Positions 46,795-60,343 of a stretch of 64,000 nt of DNA are shown piece after piece; within the stretch, counting starts at the first letter, position 1; each line of letters opens with the position of its first letter. A model generated the notes under the pieces. It did not search any database. It saw nothing but the letters and a program-made list of their open reading frames with translations, and was not told the origin of the DNA. Source of the stretch: Klebsormidium nitens. Taxonomy: Eukaryota > Plantae > Klebsormidiophyceae. Position numbers and translations under genes: made by a program. Location: positions 372,001 to 436,000 of the forward strand of contig DF236957.1 of assembly GCA_000708835.1 (NCBI GenBank), given 5' to 3'.

Positions 46795-49700
46795 ATGATG
46801 GCGACCACAGCGTCCGCTCCGGCGGCCAAGTGTTTCCTTCTCAAAGAACAAATGCTGCAATCACAGCGTTGCAGCTCATGCTCTACTCTCAGAGGCCCAG
46901 GAGCATTTCCTCTCATACAACACCGGAAGGCTTTACGACCGATGAGCAGTCACTCAAAGCCAGCCTTGACCTTCACTTCTTCAAAGCAGTCTACTTCACA
47001 ACTGCATCGTAGTTTGCAAAACAAACAGCATTCGGCAGCGTTCAGAGTCTCTGCTCAAAGTAGTCTTTCAGCTGCATCAGAGCCAGCTGGTTACGCGCAG
47101 CGAAAAAGTGACACGAGGGCCAGGGGGGACGTTCGCACGCTAGCGGTAGCGGAAGCAGTGGGAAGAGATTTGGGGAGTCATGAAGAGGAGGAAGAGATAG
47201 AAGCGAACACTGGTGATGAGCGGGAGTTGCCAGCATTCGACTGGAAAGCTCATTGGTATGCTGTGGGGGTGGTGCAAGTAAGCGTTTTCTCATTGCGCTT
47301 CTGGTATCTTTGCGCCTACAGCTAAGGTCGATGGAAGCAACTTCAAGTGTTTGAATTTTGTGTGTATGGATAATCTGTGTAAAGCGAGCTTGTCTGGCTG
47401 ACTGCTGGTGCTTTCCTTTCCTGAGGTGGTGCACAGATGAAGTTTGTGCTGCATCAAAGCGGTGCTACTCAGTACTTTATGCGGGGCCAATGCTCTACTT
47501 GATGCTTGTCAGAAAGCAAATAATATGCTCATAGGGCATGTTGCGGGAGATTCTTGAAGTTTGAAAAAGTGTCCGTTTTTCTCGGTTTGTTGCTCGCAAT
47601 TCTCTGACTTCCTGAGACTATCAGAGTAAGGGTCGTTCAAGTGGCATCTATCAGTAGAAAAGAGACTTTTTCCCAAGTCCTATCAGGCTGCTGTTGCTGT
47701 GTTGATCGAGGATGGGAAGCTTGATGATTCTGTCCCTGATATATCCCAGTGTTTATGCCACTCTTGAGAGTATGCAAAGGATTGTGATTGTTAATCCGGA
47801 CAAGCCAGAGGCCGTTTAAGCTTATTCGTGTAAGCTGATTATGAAAACGATACACAAATCAGAAGCGTTGTAGGACAGGAACATGACGTGTCGGAATCCA
47901 TCCCTTATTCAGGTGTATTATACAAAGTAGTGTGATTAATACCAGGTTCGTTCATTGCTGTGGAAGAAACCTCTTGTGGCACCATCAACTGACACTCAGA
48001 GTTCTCCCCAGGACATGGACCCGAGCATCCCCCACCCGCTCACCATCCTAGGCCAGCCAGTCGTCCTCTGGTACGATAGGAACGAAGCTAAGTGGCGCTG
48101 CTTCTTGGACCAGTGTCCCCACCGCCTTGCGCCCCTTTCCGAGGGCAGGATCGACGAGGAAGGCCGTCTTCAGTGCAGCTACCATGGGTGGTCGTTCGAG
48201 GGACGGGGGGCGTGTGCGTGCATCCCACAGGTGAGCTAAAGTTATCAGGCCTTTTGCGCACTATTCAGCGTGTTAAAGTGGAGATACTATTGGTTGTGAT
48301 TTGAGCTTAACAACCACTGGTTTTAATTGAGAGTCGGCATCTTGAGGGGGTCAGGTGGGGAGGTGTGCGCCAGCTACCCACAGCTTACACATCTACTCAT
48401 TGCGAGTGTTCCAGCTGTTTGAACTGTTTGAGAACCGGTTTGAGCTAAGTCTGGAAGACTAGAAGGGTTCTCGGTCTGAGTTATAGCCGTGCTTACCCGA
48501 TACAATCTTCCTAGATTGACACCATCGAACGAGCCTACTTGGCTCTTTCCCTGCATCCATCTTGACACCTGTCTTGAGTAACGGCAAGGGGCCACTTAGA
48601 TGCAGTACATACTGCCTCTTGACTCCATGGCTCGGCTTTCCTTGGTTTGTCGTTTTCCTTGTATTATATTTTCTTTGTTTGTTGTTCTCCTTCGTGTTTG
48701 TTTCGTCGAAGTGAGGGACATCGTCTTTGTGTTTGTTATTGCAGAATTGAAAGAACTTTACGGGTTGTACCCGTCAACTGTTCTGCACTTTTTCTCTCTT
48801 TTACGGTTAGAGTATCTCTGGCCTCTGACAAAGCATACGGCCATCAAATCAAAGCGGTCCTAAGACCTTACTTACAAATCTCTTGCGAGTCGTGTCTGTT
48901 TGGTCGTGCTCCTACAATTTTCAGCAGGCTTTTTTGTCTGGGAAACATAACGACGTCTTGGGTTGAGGTACACAGAAGTGTCGAATCGTTTTGAGTCTCA
49001 CCATTGTTTGCAACGGCACTCTCATGATGGAAGATCTGGATGGCTCCCAGCCTGATAGTGGGTGGGGCTTTCCGATATCTTTCTTCCAACATGAACAAGC
49101 GAGAAGGACTCAAAGCCCCTCTTGCGGCGGCAGTGCGCGACCTTCTTTCTGAGCGGTGGAAGCAGGACTCGAGCTGCACCATAATATTTGCTAGACTATT
49201 CCTTGGATTTTTCCACAATTCGTTTGGACATCCAGCAGTTTAAGAAAAGGTTCCTTCAACCTTTGAAATGTATGGGCCGCAGTATGGTGCGACTCTATTG
49301 ACTCGCTGTTTCCTTTGTCGCTGTCGCGTAGCCACTTTTTCTTTTGATACATTGACCAAGACATCTTCATTGTTTTGTCTGCCGTGGACCTTTCGAGATG
49401 CAGCAGTGGGGTTCACAATGAAGAGGGTTTGAAGTACAATCTCTTTACTAGTCTGTGCTTCGCAGCCAAAGCCCTGCCTTGTTTGACGGCCATGCCATGT
49501 TTATTCAGATTTTCGGCGGAACCTATTTTCCTTTTGTTTTCAACAAAACAGGAGGATTTGGGGCGACACGATGTGACCTGCCGACGATTGTCTTCATCTT
49601 ATGTTCCTTCTCCCCAACCTGCTGACCTCAAATCCCGTCAACCGCCGGGCTTCATGGGCTCCTAGCGACCGTTGTAACGTTCCGAGTCACTTCAGAGCCA

Positions 49701-52700
49701 AGCGTTACTCGTCTCCACAGGCTGCTTCTGAAGGCCCTGAGGCGAAGGCAGCCGCCAACCCGCGCGCAGCGGTGCGCACTTTCCCCATCTCTGAGGCGGG
49801 CGGGCTGCTTTTTGTGTGGCCCGACAGTGATCCCAAGGCGGCCTACAAGGCGGCCTACTCGCGCTTGCCTTTGACGCCAGGTGAGAGAAGCGGTGGATGC
49901 AGAACGTGCCACTTCCGTTTGTCTTTGTGAGTTCTCCTCTGCTGTTTTCTGCGGACTTCAACCGTTGAGATTTCCAGTGTGACCCTTTTTTCAGATTTGT
50001 TGTCGAGGCAGTCATGTGCACTCCCATGAAGGTCTGACTCCTACACGTCCGTTCAGGATAGAGGGCGAGCTGAGAACCGTGTAATCAAACACAGTTATAT
50101 TCTGTTTGCAACAGTTCGGTGTTCGAGTACCTAACATAATAGCCGTGATGCTACGACACATTGAAAAGATCAGCAGAAGGCCTTTCGGGGCGCGGATTAC
50201 TTTCTTTTCATGGTCTGAGAACCGACAAGCGGGTTTGGACGACCCTCTTCAAATCCGAGAGCGTGTTACTCAATGCGTTACCTTTGGATCTGTAAGACAA
50301 TAAAAATGCAGCCGGAGCTTTGTCATCCTCTTCCCGTGGTTCGTACCTTAAGCTGAATATCGTGGTCACTCTTGTGCTCGAGAAGAACGTAGATATACAA
50401 TGATTGGATTTTGTTCACCGCCCCTGCAGGCGTCGCGGACGATTGGATGACATCACACTACGCCCGCGACATGGAGTACGGGTACGAGATCCTGGTGGAG
50501 AATCTGGTGGATCCCGCCCACGTGCCATTCAGCCACAACGGCGTCGGAGGGATCAACCGGAAGTCGGTGAGAACGAGCTCGCTACAAACGAACAAGTTTG
50601 ACCGGGACAGCCTGCTTTAGAAGTTCTGGACGGATACCCGAAACTCTAACGTTGAGGTATTGAATCCAGGTTCGCCTGTTCAAGTTGGTGAATCTAATCC
50701 GAAACAGGTGGTTGCTATTTCTTCGAATGCATTTCTCAAGGCAGCTTTTATGTTTACCCTTGGATTGGTCCCAAGTCTGCTCAACGTGAGATTTTTGAAG
50801 ATGGAGCTCCTTTCAAGGTAGACGTAACTTTGGCGGCTCTGAAGAGAAACAATATCCTACCCCAATGAGAAGAACGCAGTTGAAGGCCGTAAAGTTACCC
50901 CGTTGGGTTCTTTTATCCAGGCCGCTCCCCTCGAGTTTCGCATCACGCGCATGGACCACACCGGCTTCTTCGGCAGAGGCGTCAGCGGCAGCTTTGCCCC
51001 GAACACGGTCGGGGGGAACGAGTTCCTAGCGCCCAACCGCTTCTCCTACACTCGAACCACCCCCCGAGACGACGGCTCGGAATCCAACTTCATCATCACT
51101 GTACACGTCACCCCGCGGGGGCCCGGGAAGAGCCGCGTAATCCTGTCTACGTACGCAAAGACTTTGAACGAGAAGAAAGTGAAAACGGGGCTTCTGGCGA
51201 GGGTGAAGGGGTTCAACTTCCGGCGGCTGCTGTTCCGGTTCCGGCCCCGGTGGCTGACCCACCTGGTGCTGGACGCGATCTTCGACGGGGACGCGGTGTT
51301 CCTCCGGGGGCAGGTGAGAGCGCATTCGGAAGACCTTTGAAGGCAAGCAAAAACGAAGACACTGAAGGGGTCATGGTGAATGAAAAGAGAAGGTCACCGT
51401 TCATTAGTTCTTACCTGGGTGGGTGAGCAGAGGAGGAGGATCCGTAGGTTTGGATGATTGTGAAGTAGGTTCTAAGACGCGTACATTTGACTTGCGGGTC
51501 ATTCTAGCTCTCCGCGTCACGCATCTGACGAAAGCAGAGCTTGGCTTCGGGGAGAAGGCGAATGGGGCAGTGGCGAGAAACGGGTTGTCCAAAAGACGTT
51601 CGTAGGGCCGGAGATTGCACCGTGATTATCCAGTGAGTGCTTGTAACGCCGTTCCAAACATACCTATGACTTGCTCCCGCTCTCGGCCGACCACTGCACA
51701 AGCGAATCTTTTGAGCTTGCACGCAAGCCCTTCGTTTTCTGTCCACAGGAGATTGCGCTGCAGACCACGCCAGCGAACGCGTCCGCGACGTCAGCGGTCG
51801 ACGAGCGCGGGGTCCGCAAAGTCGACGCTCCGCGGGAGTACTTCATGCCCACGCCCGCAGACCGGTTCGTGCTCGCGTTCCGACAGTGGCTCAACCGGTA
51901 TGCAGGTACGTGGGTTCTCTCGGCCCTCCTCTCTTTTAGCGCCTCTCTTGGTTGGTTTGTTCTATGTTCTGCCTGAACGGTGACGAGCAGCTTGGACCAG
52001 GTTGAGCTTAGATGGAGGTGCCTGGCAAGAACTATTGTGGAGCTTTTGCCGGAGAACGGATCCAATAGGATGCGCCGTTCTCTTCAAAATTGGAGTTCCC
52101 GGACCGTACGTTCGCGCAGATATTCATCCGGATTCTGGAAGTAATGGCAAGGCGTTACCATGACACGCAGAGATAGTGAATCTTAAATCGAGTTTACTGG
52201 AACGGCGCCGCCTGTAACTCAGTCTCCGAGCGATTGCCGATGCTCGGACATGACGACGACTCGCGTCATAAAAGATTCTGCATATATTGCTCTGCCGCCC
52301 ACGTGTTTCATCTCATCTTCGACGTCTCTTCTCGTGTCAGGCGGCGGCGTCCCGTGGGCCGAGCTGGGCGTGCCAGAACTTGACGTCAAGCTGACGTCAC
52401 GGGAGGCCGTCATGGACCGCTGGCATCAGCACACCACGCAGTGCACCACCTGTTCCGGCGCGCTCGAGAAGGCGCGCACCGCCCAGAAAGGTGGCGTCTC
52501 CTTCTTGCTTCTTTTCAAAGCTTTTCCCTCTTTGGTCGTCGATGCCAGAAGCGGTTTTCAGCAGAAGACGTCCAGCTTTCAGCAGGTTGCTGCGTAGTCA
52601 AGTAATCAGCGCGCCTGATTTCGTGTGACCGAATCTGAAAGGTTTCCTGCAACATAGACAGGTTTCGAAACGGCTTCTGTGTCGCTCATTCCATGTCGAT

Positions 52701-53060
52701 TACTTGTAGCAACGAGTACGACGTTCAATCCTGAATTACTCACCGTTACTTTGAGACATCTTCGCTTCTGTATTCGCAAAGCTTTTGAGTCTCTGCGAAA
52801 CGTGGGTTCTTTAAGTCCTTGTCTCGTGCATCGGAACGGATGCATCATATGCAAAAAAGACGTATGCGCTGTTCTTTTCTTCAGCTCTTTGGGTGGCTGC
52901 CGCGCTTCTTGTCGCCGCCACCCTAGTTGCCGGCCAGGCGTGGGGACCGCTAGCGCGCGGGGGGTTGGTCTCGCTCGCGCTGCTTTCGACGGCCGCAGGA
53001 TTCGCGCTCAACGGGCTCGTTCAGCGCTTCATCTACACCGGGTACAACCACGCCAAGTAG
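46795..53060 (+). CDS. Plastid-targeted PAO/PTC52(ACD1-like) Rieske non-heme iron oxygenase, 8 exons, ~624 aa
   Basis: Exons 46795-47277, 48012-48230, 49721-49880, 50430-50566, 50921-51313, 51749-51905, 52341-52490, 52885-53060. Ser/Ala-rich transit-peptide-like N-terminus, Rieske [17 protein letters not shown], Fe site [14 protein letters not shown]-terminal HTTQCTTC and two TM helices. Confidence 0.92.
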
Positions 53061-54659
53061 GAAGGGTATAATCTAGTGCGGTCTGCATTGGACCATAGGC
53101 AAAGGTCTCGCGGCACGAGCTGTACATAGCATGCGGTGTACATAGTTGGTCAAGTAAAGCGCTTCATTAGGTGCATACGAGTCGGATATATCCATGCGAA
53201 CACTCTTAAGACCTTCCTTGCTCAGCTGGAAACCACAAGGTCGAACATCGATCGATACCAAGAACGCGATAGTTGCTCATTTGACCCTAGTTTAATGACT
53301 CCTTGCCGAATCGACACATGTGGCACCAAGATTGAATTGCAATCTGCACGCTGTATAGCACGCAGTACGTAGCCAAGTTCAAACCGATCAAGCTGTCTGG
53401 CTATCGAAAGGCTTCTGGCACCGTCTCCAACGTCAAGGGCATGCCCGGAGAAAATAAACCGTAATTGGAGATCGACTAGATCGAGTCATGCAAGGCCGGC
53501 GGCCACTTAGTATTGCGCACTGAGTAAAGATTCGTTGAGCAATGGGTTGGAACATGCTGGCAAGTTGCAGTGCATGGTCAAGGCCGCTGCTCGTTGTCCG
53601 ACCAGGGGCATGTTGATTGTACTATGATAATCTGTCGACTGCTTCATGGATTCGTTGCGCGCGCCGCTGACCAGGTTGGAGCATGCAGCATGAGGCTTAT
53701 GCATAACTTATATCAAGCGTCCGGCGCATGTGCAGAACCGTTGACATGTATACATGAATTGCAGTGATCGATATCAGAATTTGCAGAGTCTGACATGTAC
53801 GTGGTGGCACAAAGTCTCGAATGTGGACCAATGCTAATGGGCCGTATAGCTTGAGCTTCCAATGTGCACAAGCTAGGTTCATGCATGACATGGGCAACCG
53901 CGTTAGCTGCGGCTTTAAGTTATAGCACGGCTCAAGAACTGCGGTGTTAATGAATTGCATCCACGTCCTTGTACAAAGTCCTCCTTCAAACTTATCAAAA
54001 AGTTAAGGCGGCTCTGCGCCACTGCTATGGGCACTGACGCATCCGAGCGGCTGCCCATAGCAGCCGTTGATGAATCTGAATGAACGATGGAGCGGACACG
54101 TTACGATTGCGTTGGTTCTGGACGCCATAAGAAACGCTTTGTAGAGATACATATGTCGGTCAATAGGACGCTGGTTACTGCTTCGGAACAGGTCTGAATC
54201 GATTCTTTTTCAACCCCGCAACGCACAGTAGACGGCAGGCCAGATTGACGACAATAGTAAGCCGTGCAGAATCATGCGGATGTGTGCTGCGCGAGATTTT
54301 GACAAACGCTGGCCATGAACAGAAGCGAGCACTACGATGTGTTTTGGTATGAAAACGCAGGGACGGGGTAAGAAGACAGACATGATTATCGATCTATAAC
54401 GGCATGCGTGCAGTAAGTACGGCAGCTTTATTTACTTGCTCAGGTTCGAGACGTTGCGACGTTCGCAACGCATGTCTATGTCTAGGCGGCCGGCCCTCCA
54501 TCGCTTCCGACTTTTAGGGTCCACGTATCCATGTCATGTACACACTCCTTTGTTGAGTTTTGTAGAGAGACTCGTTTGAGGACACTACTACGTTCTTATG
54601 GTGGGTTTGAACCTAACGTAAACCGCTGATACCACTTTAGACCCAAATCCCAAACCCTG

Positions 54660-56658
54660 CTACGCCCCGGAAGGGCCGGCCGCGATGCCCGCGCCGGGCG
54701 CGGGCGCGGGCGCGAGCACGGGGCGGGGCCCCGGTAGAACGTTGATGGCGACCTTCATGCCGTCGAGACAGTGGCCGTCGACCCTGCCCAGAAACAGAAC
54801 GGACGAATCTGTAGTTAGTACCAACTTTGCCTGGCGCTTCCGCATTTTCGAATTTGTAAACCATAGGTTGGCCGATTGGGGGATCTGATTGTAAATTCGT
54901 CAGAAAGCGAAGCTCAGATGAATCGGTCGACCAGATGTCTACCTTTACTGAGATCAGAGAAGCACATTTTGAGCGCGCGTACCTATGCATGCACGGGAAG
55001 TACAATAAGTGGCCCGTGTCGTTCCGTGGGCTTTGCGGACTTGCGCGGATTCAAAGCCGACGAGTCCGTGACGCGAGATCACAAAACCGGGCGTCGACGT
55101 TTCTCGAACAACTTTGGTTACACCATCCAAACGCGCGCGCTCAAGAATCACATTTCCGCTTTTTTTGACCGAACTTGTTCAGAGAAGACGACTTGCTTCG
55201 TGTATTGGGTCACAGCCTCGTCGAGAGTATTGGTGATAAATCTCCCTGGCACAAATTCTCAGATTCTCCGAAAGCAGGGTAGTTCGAACTACAGTAGCTC
55301 TCACAAGGTAATCGCTGCGCATCCGACGGAATGAGCAGTCGGCATACAAGCGCAATGCAGACAAGGGTTGGTTGGAGTGGTACTGACTCGCATGCGTAGT
55401 AGTCCGGGCCAGGCGCTGAGACCGGTACGTTCACGCCGACCAGTCCCGGGGCAACGTTGGAGTTGTTGGGCTGACTCAGGTTGGTTGAGTTGGAAAAGTC
55501 GCACGCGGTCAGGGACTGGTTATTGGGCAGCGCGAAGACGGTGTGAATCGCTGGGGGGAACACGAAGACTGCACGAGACAACAGAAAGAGGCTTTCGAAG
55601 TTCGAAGATGGGCAAATGAGCTGAGGGCTGAGACGGGTAGGCCAGCGAAAGTGCGTGTGGGCCGCAGCAATCTTTCTGATTAAATGTTGAAGCCGAATGG
55701 ACCTTTCAGTACCCCGGAAAGAGGCTTCATTCTCTCAATCCTCAGTTCTCTTGGCCTGTCCGGTTGTAACCTCTTTCATGTTGCTGACCTTCAGTCTTCA
55801 AGCACTTCGGTCTCTCAGATGGTCAAATTCCGAAAAGACTGCCTTACACAACGAAATGAGAACGATTGCCAGGACAGAAATTTTCACTTCGTCTCTCATC
55901 CCCTCACGTTGCAAAAGTTCAATCTGGTCAGAAGAGAGATCGAGAAATGATGTCATCTCCGGACAGCGCCGAGGTCCAGAACGAGCAGGAAAGAACTAGA
56001 TATGGGACTCACAGAGAACGTCGCCCACGTAGACTGGGTTCTGCTCCGCCCACAGCGGGTAGTTGATTCCGAGCCCCCATCCCGACGATCCCCCGACTTG
56101 AACCAGGTCAGCTCTTGCCCCCTGAACCAATCAGACGAGTTGGGAGTAATTGTTTATTTTTCAACATATTAGTGAAAAGATGGGGCATTTCTGCAGTCAC
56201 TGAAATATAAAGGCACTGCCAAAGCCTTTGACCAGGTTCAAAGTATGGCAAGTGCTGTCAGCGTGCTGACAGCTTGGAAGTTGGGCCAAGCGGCTATTTT
56301 TGAAATGGTCGTTTCAGGTGTCGAAAGGCTGATTTCTTGGACAGCAAAAAGAGCTTGCAATAGGCAGAGGGCTGCTTTCCAAGGGGGGTTTTTCACGACT
56401 TCAAAAGGTTCTCTACCTGTCCTTTTGCTCCCCAAACCAAATAGATTGCCCCACAAATCGATTTCTGGGAAACGCAGAAACTTTGGCACGCAAGGGCTTT
56501 CCACCACGAATGCTCCTTATATACGGCTAATCAACAAAAGCGACGATCCGAGGGAGTCAGAGAAGGGAATCGCAGAACGTGCTCCTCACCAGCGTAGCAG
56601 CGCCAAGGCAAATTAGAGCCGCGAGAAGTGCCCGTTGCAACACCTCTTCGCGCGCCAT
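54660..56658 (-). CDS. Phytocyanin (plantacyanin/uclacyanin-like blue copper protein), secreted, 160 aa
   Basis: Exons 56658-56590, 56121-56013, 55568-55388, 54783-54660. Signal peptide, VGGSSGW, YVGDVL, HTV, YYACEVDGHCLDGMKVAINV (His/Cys/His/Met ligands) and a PAPAP tail. Confidence 0.92.
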
Positions 56659-57675
56659 TGTGGTTTCGCCCAACCTCGCCTCGCCCTAGCCCGTGTTAGA
56701 GATCAATTCTCTCCTGTTTAATGTGCCTCTTACAGACCAAAAAACAACCGGCGCAGGCCTCAACGGAGTTGTCACCGAACTTTTCCACGTTGATAAGAGT
56801 CGCGTCAGGACCTTCTTGCAACGACTCCCTGTATATTGCCTTTTCTGCTAGAAGGAAATAGAAACAGGGGCTGCAAATACGCAGCTTTCACCTGTCAAAA
56901 AGCAGGGAGTCCCTCTGAAAGGATCGTCCTTCCAATCCGCTTGTAAATATAGTTGGAGCTTTCCGTAATACTACTCTAGCAGTCCTAAGTTCCTTTGAAC
57001 GAAGAGGGAGAGAACTCTTCCAGCCGGATAACTCAAGTTCATGCCTGCGGAGTGACTGTTTAGGGGGCTTCCTTTTACAGCGCTGTATCTGTACGGTACT
57101 TCACATGTGTTTGACCATTCGCATGACAATGCAGGAAAGTCGAACTGGCGGCTTGAAGCACGGCTAGCGAGATCCTGCTGGACGAAAGTCAACTCACCGC
57201 CGCGGTGCATGGGGTGGTGGTACAGGCTGTGCCGTAAGACATTCGCCATTGGGCTTCAGCGAGACTTTCGGGTAATTGTCCCTGAGCCCTTCGTCTGTTC
57301 TTCTGCTTGGTTAGACTGAGACTAAGAGGTTGCGCAGTAACGGAAGGCAGGTGCTTCCAGACCCGTAGGCACCCACTATACAGCCCACGTAAGTTGCCCC
57401 CCCATAAGATCAGCCAGCTGGGGCTGTTGCGGCAGCTGGTTGCTTTTTTGTTGTGCTGATCTCATGCGTGAAGAGTTGGTGGAGGCGTCGAGCTCCTCGC
57501 TGCGGAACCACCGGATCAGTAAGAGCACCACTGTCGTTGGCCGCACCGCGTGTCTCCTTGAGGAACCGGGACGCTGCCCAGAACGTAGCCCGAAGCGCTC
57601 GAATGCGCGACAAAATATGGTAAGTGCTTAGGAACGAAGGCAAGAGGTAGAGCGCGCGCAGTTCTTGCAGCCACC

Positions 57676-58710
57676 ATGTTTCCCTGGCTGTTATCCGCGA
57701 TCTGCTTCTTCAAAAGGCGGTCGAATCCTGTCATCACAGCATCGCAAAATGCAGCGCAGATTCCAAGAAATCAAGCATTGAAGCGGCCAAACGGCACAGT
57801 GATCGATACGGGGCGCGCAAAGCGACTGCGTTTGATGGGCTTTCATGGGATCAGTGAGTACGAAGAAGCAGTCGCCCCTAGAGAAAGTGCAGGTGATCAA
57901 ACCAAAGCGGAAGTCTTCGCCTCAGAGGCCTTCTACGAAAGGGGCGTAATCGCAGTCAAGGAAGAGCGGCGCGCAGATGGCTTTGAGTGCTTCAGAGGGG
58001 GGGCAGCTTTAGGCAGCGCCCGGTGCATGCTAGAGCTCGCGGCTTGCTTTGCCGAAGGCGACAGCTGTCCGCAGGACGTGATAGCCGCGGTCGCTCTCTT
58101 TAACCAAGCCCACAATCTCCCTGGTTTCGCTGAAGTGCTTGGGGCCGAGCTCGCTCGGGTGCAATACAAACTTGGCAAGAGTGCTTTCGATGCCGGATCG
58201 ATCAAAGCGGTGGAGTTCTTGACAGCCGCGGCTGACTATGGGCACCCAGGCGCGCAATATGAACTGGGTACTTTGCACGAACTAGGCTGGGGGGTCGAGC
58301 GAAATATGGACGAAGCAATCGTCTGGTGGGGAAAGGCAGCCGACCAAAACGACCTTCTCGCGCTCTACAAGCTGGGAGAATGCCATCGCGATGGCAAAAG
58401 AGTTGCCCGAGACAGCGCAAAGGCAGCTGCGCTGTTCAGTAGGGCGGCCGAACTAGGACACGTCAGCGCGGGGTTTGAAGTGGGATGGTGCTACTTCACA
58501 GGATGGGGCGTCGCTCGCGACTTTGCGGAAGCGTTCCGCTGGTTTAGGAAGGCGGCGGAACAGGGCGACCGGACAGCGCAGTCTCTCGTGGCTTACTGCT
58601 ATCGCTCTGGGACCGGCGTGACCAAGAACGTGGAGAAAGGACTCGCGTGGTCAAAAGGGCGGGGGAAGGGAGGTTCCGTTCGAGAGCAACGGACAATGAC
58701 GGAATGCTAA
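57676..58710 (+). CDS. Sel1-like repeat (SLR) protein, CDS intronless, 344 aa
   Basis: About five SLR units (e.g. GHPGAQYELGTLHELGWGVERNMDEAIVWWGKAADQ). A probable 5' UTR intron (GTAAG about 57620 to CAG 57670) ends just before CCACC-ATG. Confidence 0.88.
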   Translation: MFPWLLSAICFFKRRSNPVITASQNAAQIPRNQALKRPNGTVIDTGRAKRLRLMGFHGISEYEEAVAPRESAGDQTKAEVFASEAFYERGVIAVKEERRADGFECFRGGAALGSARCMLELAACFAEGDSCPQDVIAAVALFNQAHNLPGFAEVLGAELARVQYKLGKSAFDAGSIKAVEFLTAAADYGHPGAQYELGTLHELGWGVERNMDEAIVWWGKAADQNDLLALYKLGECHRDGKRVARDSAKAAALFSRAAELGHVSAGFEVGWCYFTGWGVARDFAEAFRWFRKAAEQGDRTAQSLVAYCYRSGTGVTKNVEKGLAWSKGRGKGGSVREQRTMTEC

Positions 58711-60343
58711 GTGAATAAGCGCAACGTGGACGCAGCGGCTATGTGGAATCAGAAGGCCGCGACGCGTTAGCATAGAACTTTCGACATCGCGGCGGGCCTA
58801 AAGCTTTATAAAGCGGCAACGGTGCAAGAAATATTAGAAAAAGGGCGTCAATTAGGCCAAGGGGGTCGAAAGTGAGGACACTGCTGTCAGGGCTTTGCTG
58901 AGAATGCTAGAGAAGGGACCGCTGAGCCAAAGAGCGTAGAGTGCAAGACTTAGATTGTGACCACACTCGCAGCATTACCTAGCCGAGTTCCGAGTCAGCA
59001 TTTTGTTTGTACAGAAAACGCTCGCTAGAAAAGGTCTACTGGAAAGCAAGAATGGGTACCGGTAGTAGGAAAGTCTACCTGATCAGAGGTGCTTTAGTAA
59101 CGGACTCGAAAGAAGAAACGAAAGCTAAACGATTGATTGCTTTGGACCATCTAGTACTTCAAGTTGTCAGTGTCGATGCTCAAGAGTGCTTTCCGGCGAG
59201 TCTTAGGATTTCGTCGCGCCTGTGACTTGCATCCATGATTACCACATGCGAGTATTAGTTCGACAGTTCCCAGTCCCTTACATCGATCTTGAATAGAATA
59301 GGCGGTTTGCTCTTCCACGTCACGAGCTTTTGAGTCATGTTGAGTCGAAGATCTGCACATGTGTGTTTTGGAATACAAGCGTGACGACTGCGGCTGGTCT
59401 CAAATGGAAGCACTGCGTCGATCGGTAGTTCGCCCGGTCATGTTAATTTCATCATTTGTTGATTAGAAACGAGGTGCAGAGCGCCATTCGAAGATGCAGA
59501 GCGCCACTTAGAGATGATAACAAGTTCTGCTCGTACGGCTGTATGTACGATCGCAGTTCCTTGCCTTATACGGTATCTTGCATTTCTGCCGCCTTGATGC
59601 ATGTCCGACACTTAGAGCCCGGCTTTATACTATGACAATTCTGTTTGGTTGGCCATGAGGATAGGCACATGGACTGCTGTTAATTTCAGTCCCCAGGCAC
59701 AACCTAGTTGCATGTCGAAGTCATGGTTGGCCGGATACTTGAATAGGCAAGTCAGCTCGAAAGCGCCATGTAATATCTGCGATCATGCTGAATTTCATCG
59801 ACCTCTGGATTGATTTGCAACGTACCCATATGCCTGATCTGTAAGCACGTGGTACTTGCATGCATCTTTGTCGGACACCGGAAGTAATGAGCTCGCGAAA
59901 GGCGCTCCAGCCCAGAATCCAAGAATGTACGGCGGGTAGCACCGGCCCAGTACGAACAGCCCTGGCTGGTTCGACCGGACCAATCTGCCGCGGAACAGTG
60001 TGCCCAATAAAAAACATATATGTTACACGCTTGTCTCTCGGTCTCACCCTTGCCTGCGACACAAGGTAAGACTTCCTTGGCAATGCTGATTGCTGCTGCG
60101 TCTGACGTACCTCGACTGGCCAACACGGGGTTCCAACAACGCACCACTTGCGCAACTAGTTTACTGACGTTACCTAACCTATGACAACTAAAGCGATGTG
60201 ATTTGACGCTACACCGATGCTTTTGAATGTCAACCCAAGGACGTAGAGGCGTAAACGAGACACGAGTGATGTCGCAACGCTTAAAGCTACCCCATAATCA
60301 CTAGAAACATTAGAAAGAACAAGCGTGCCATGCCTTGGCAAGC

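Noticed and set aside
57440-57790. Out-of-frame upstream ORF spliced over the SLR start
   Set aside because: Depends on an unverified TSS; the peptide has no features, so function is unsupported.
59721-60155. Overlapping 131-144-aa ORFs between the SLR and ABCG genes
   Set aside because: No domain signature or consistent splice signals; probably non-coding.
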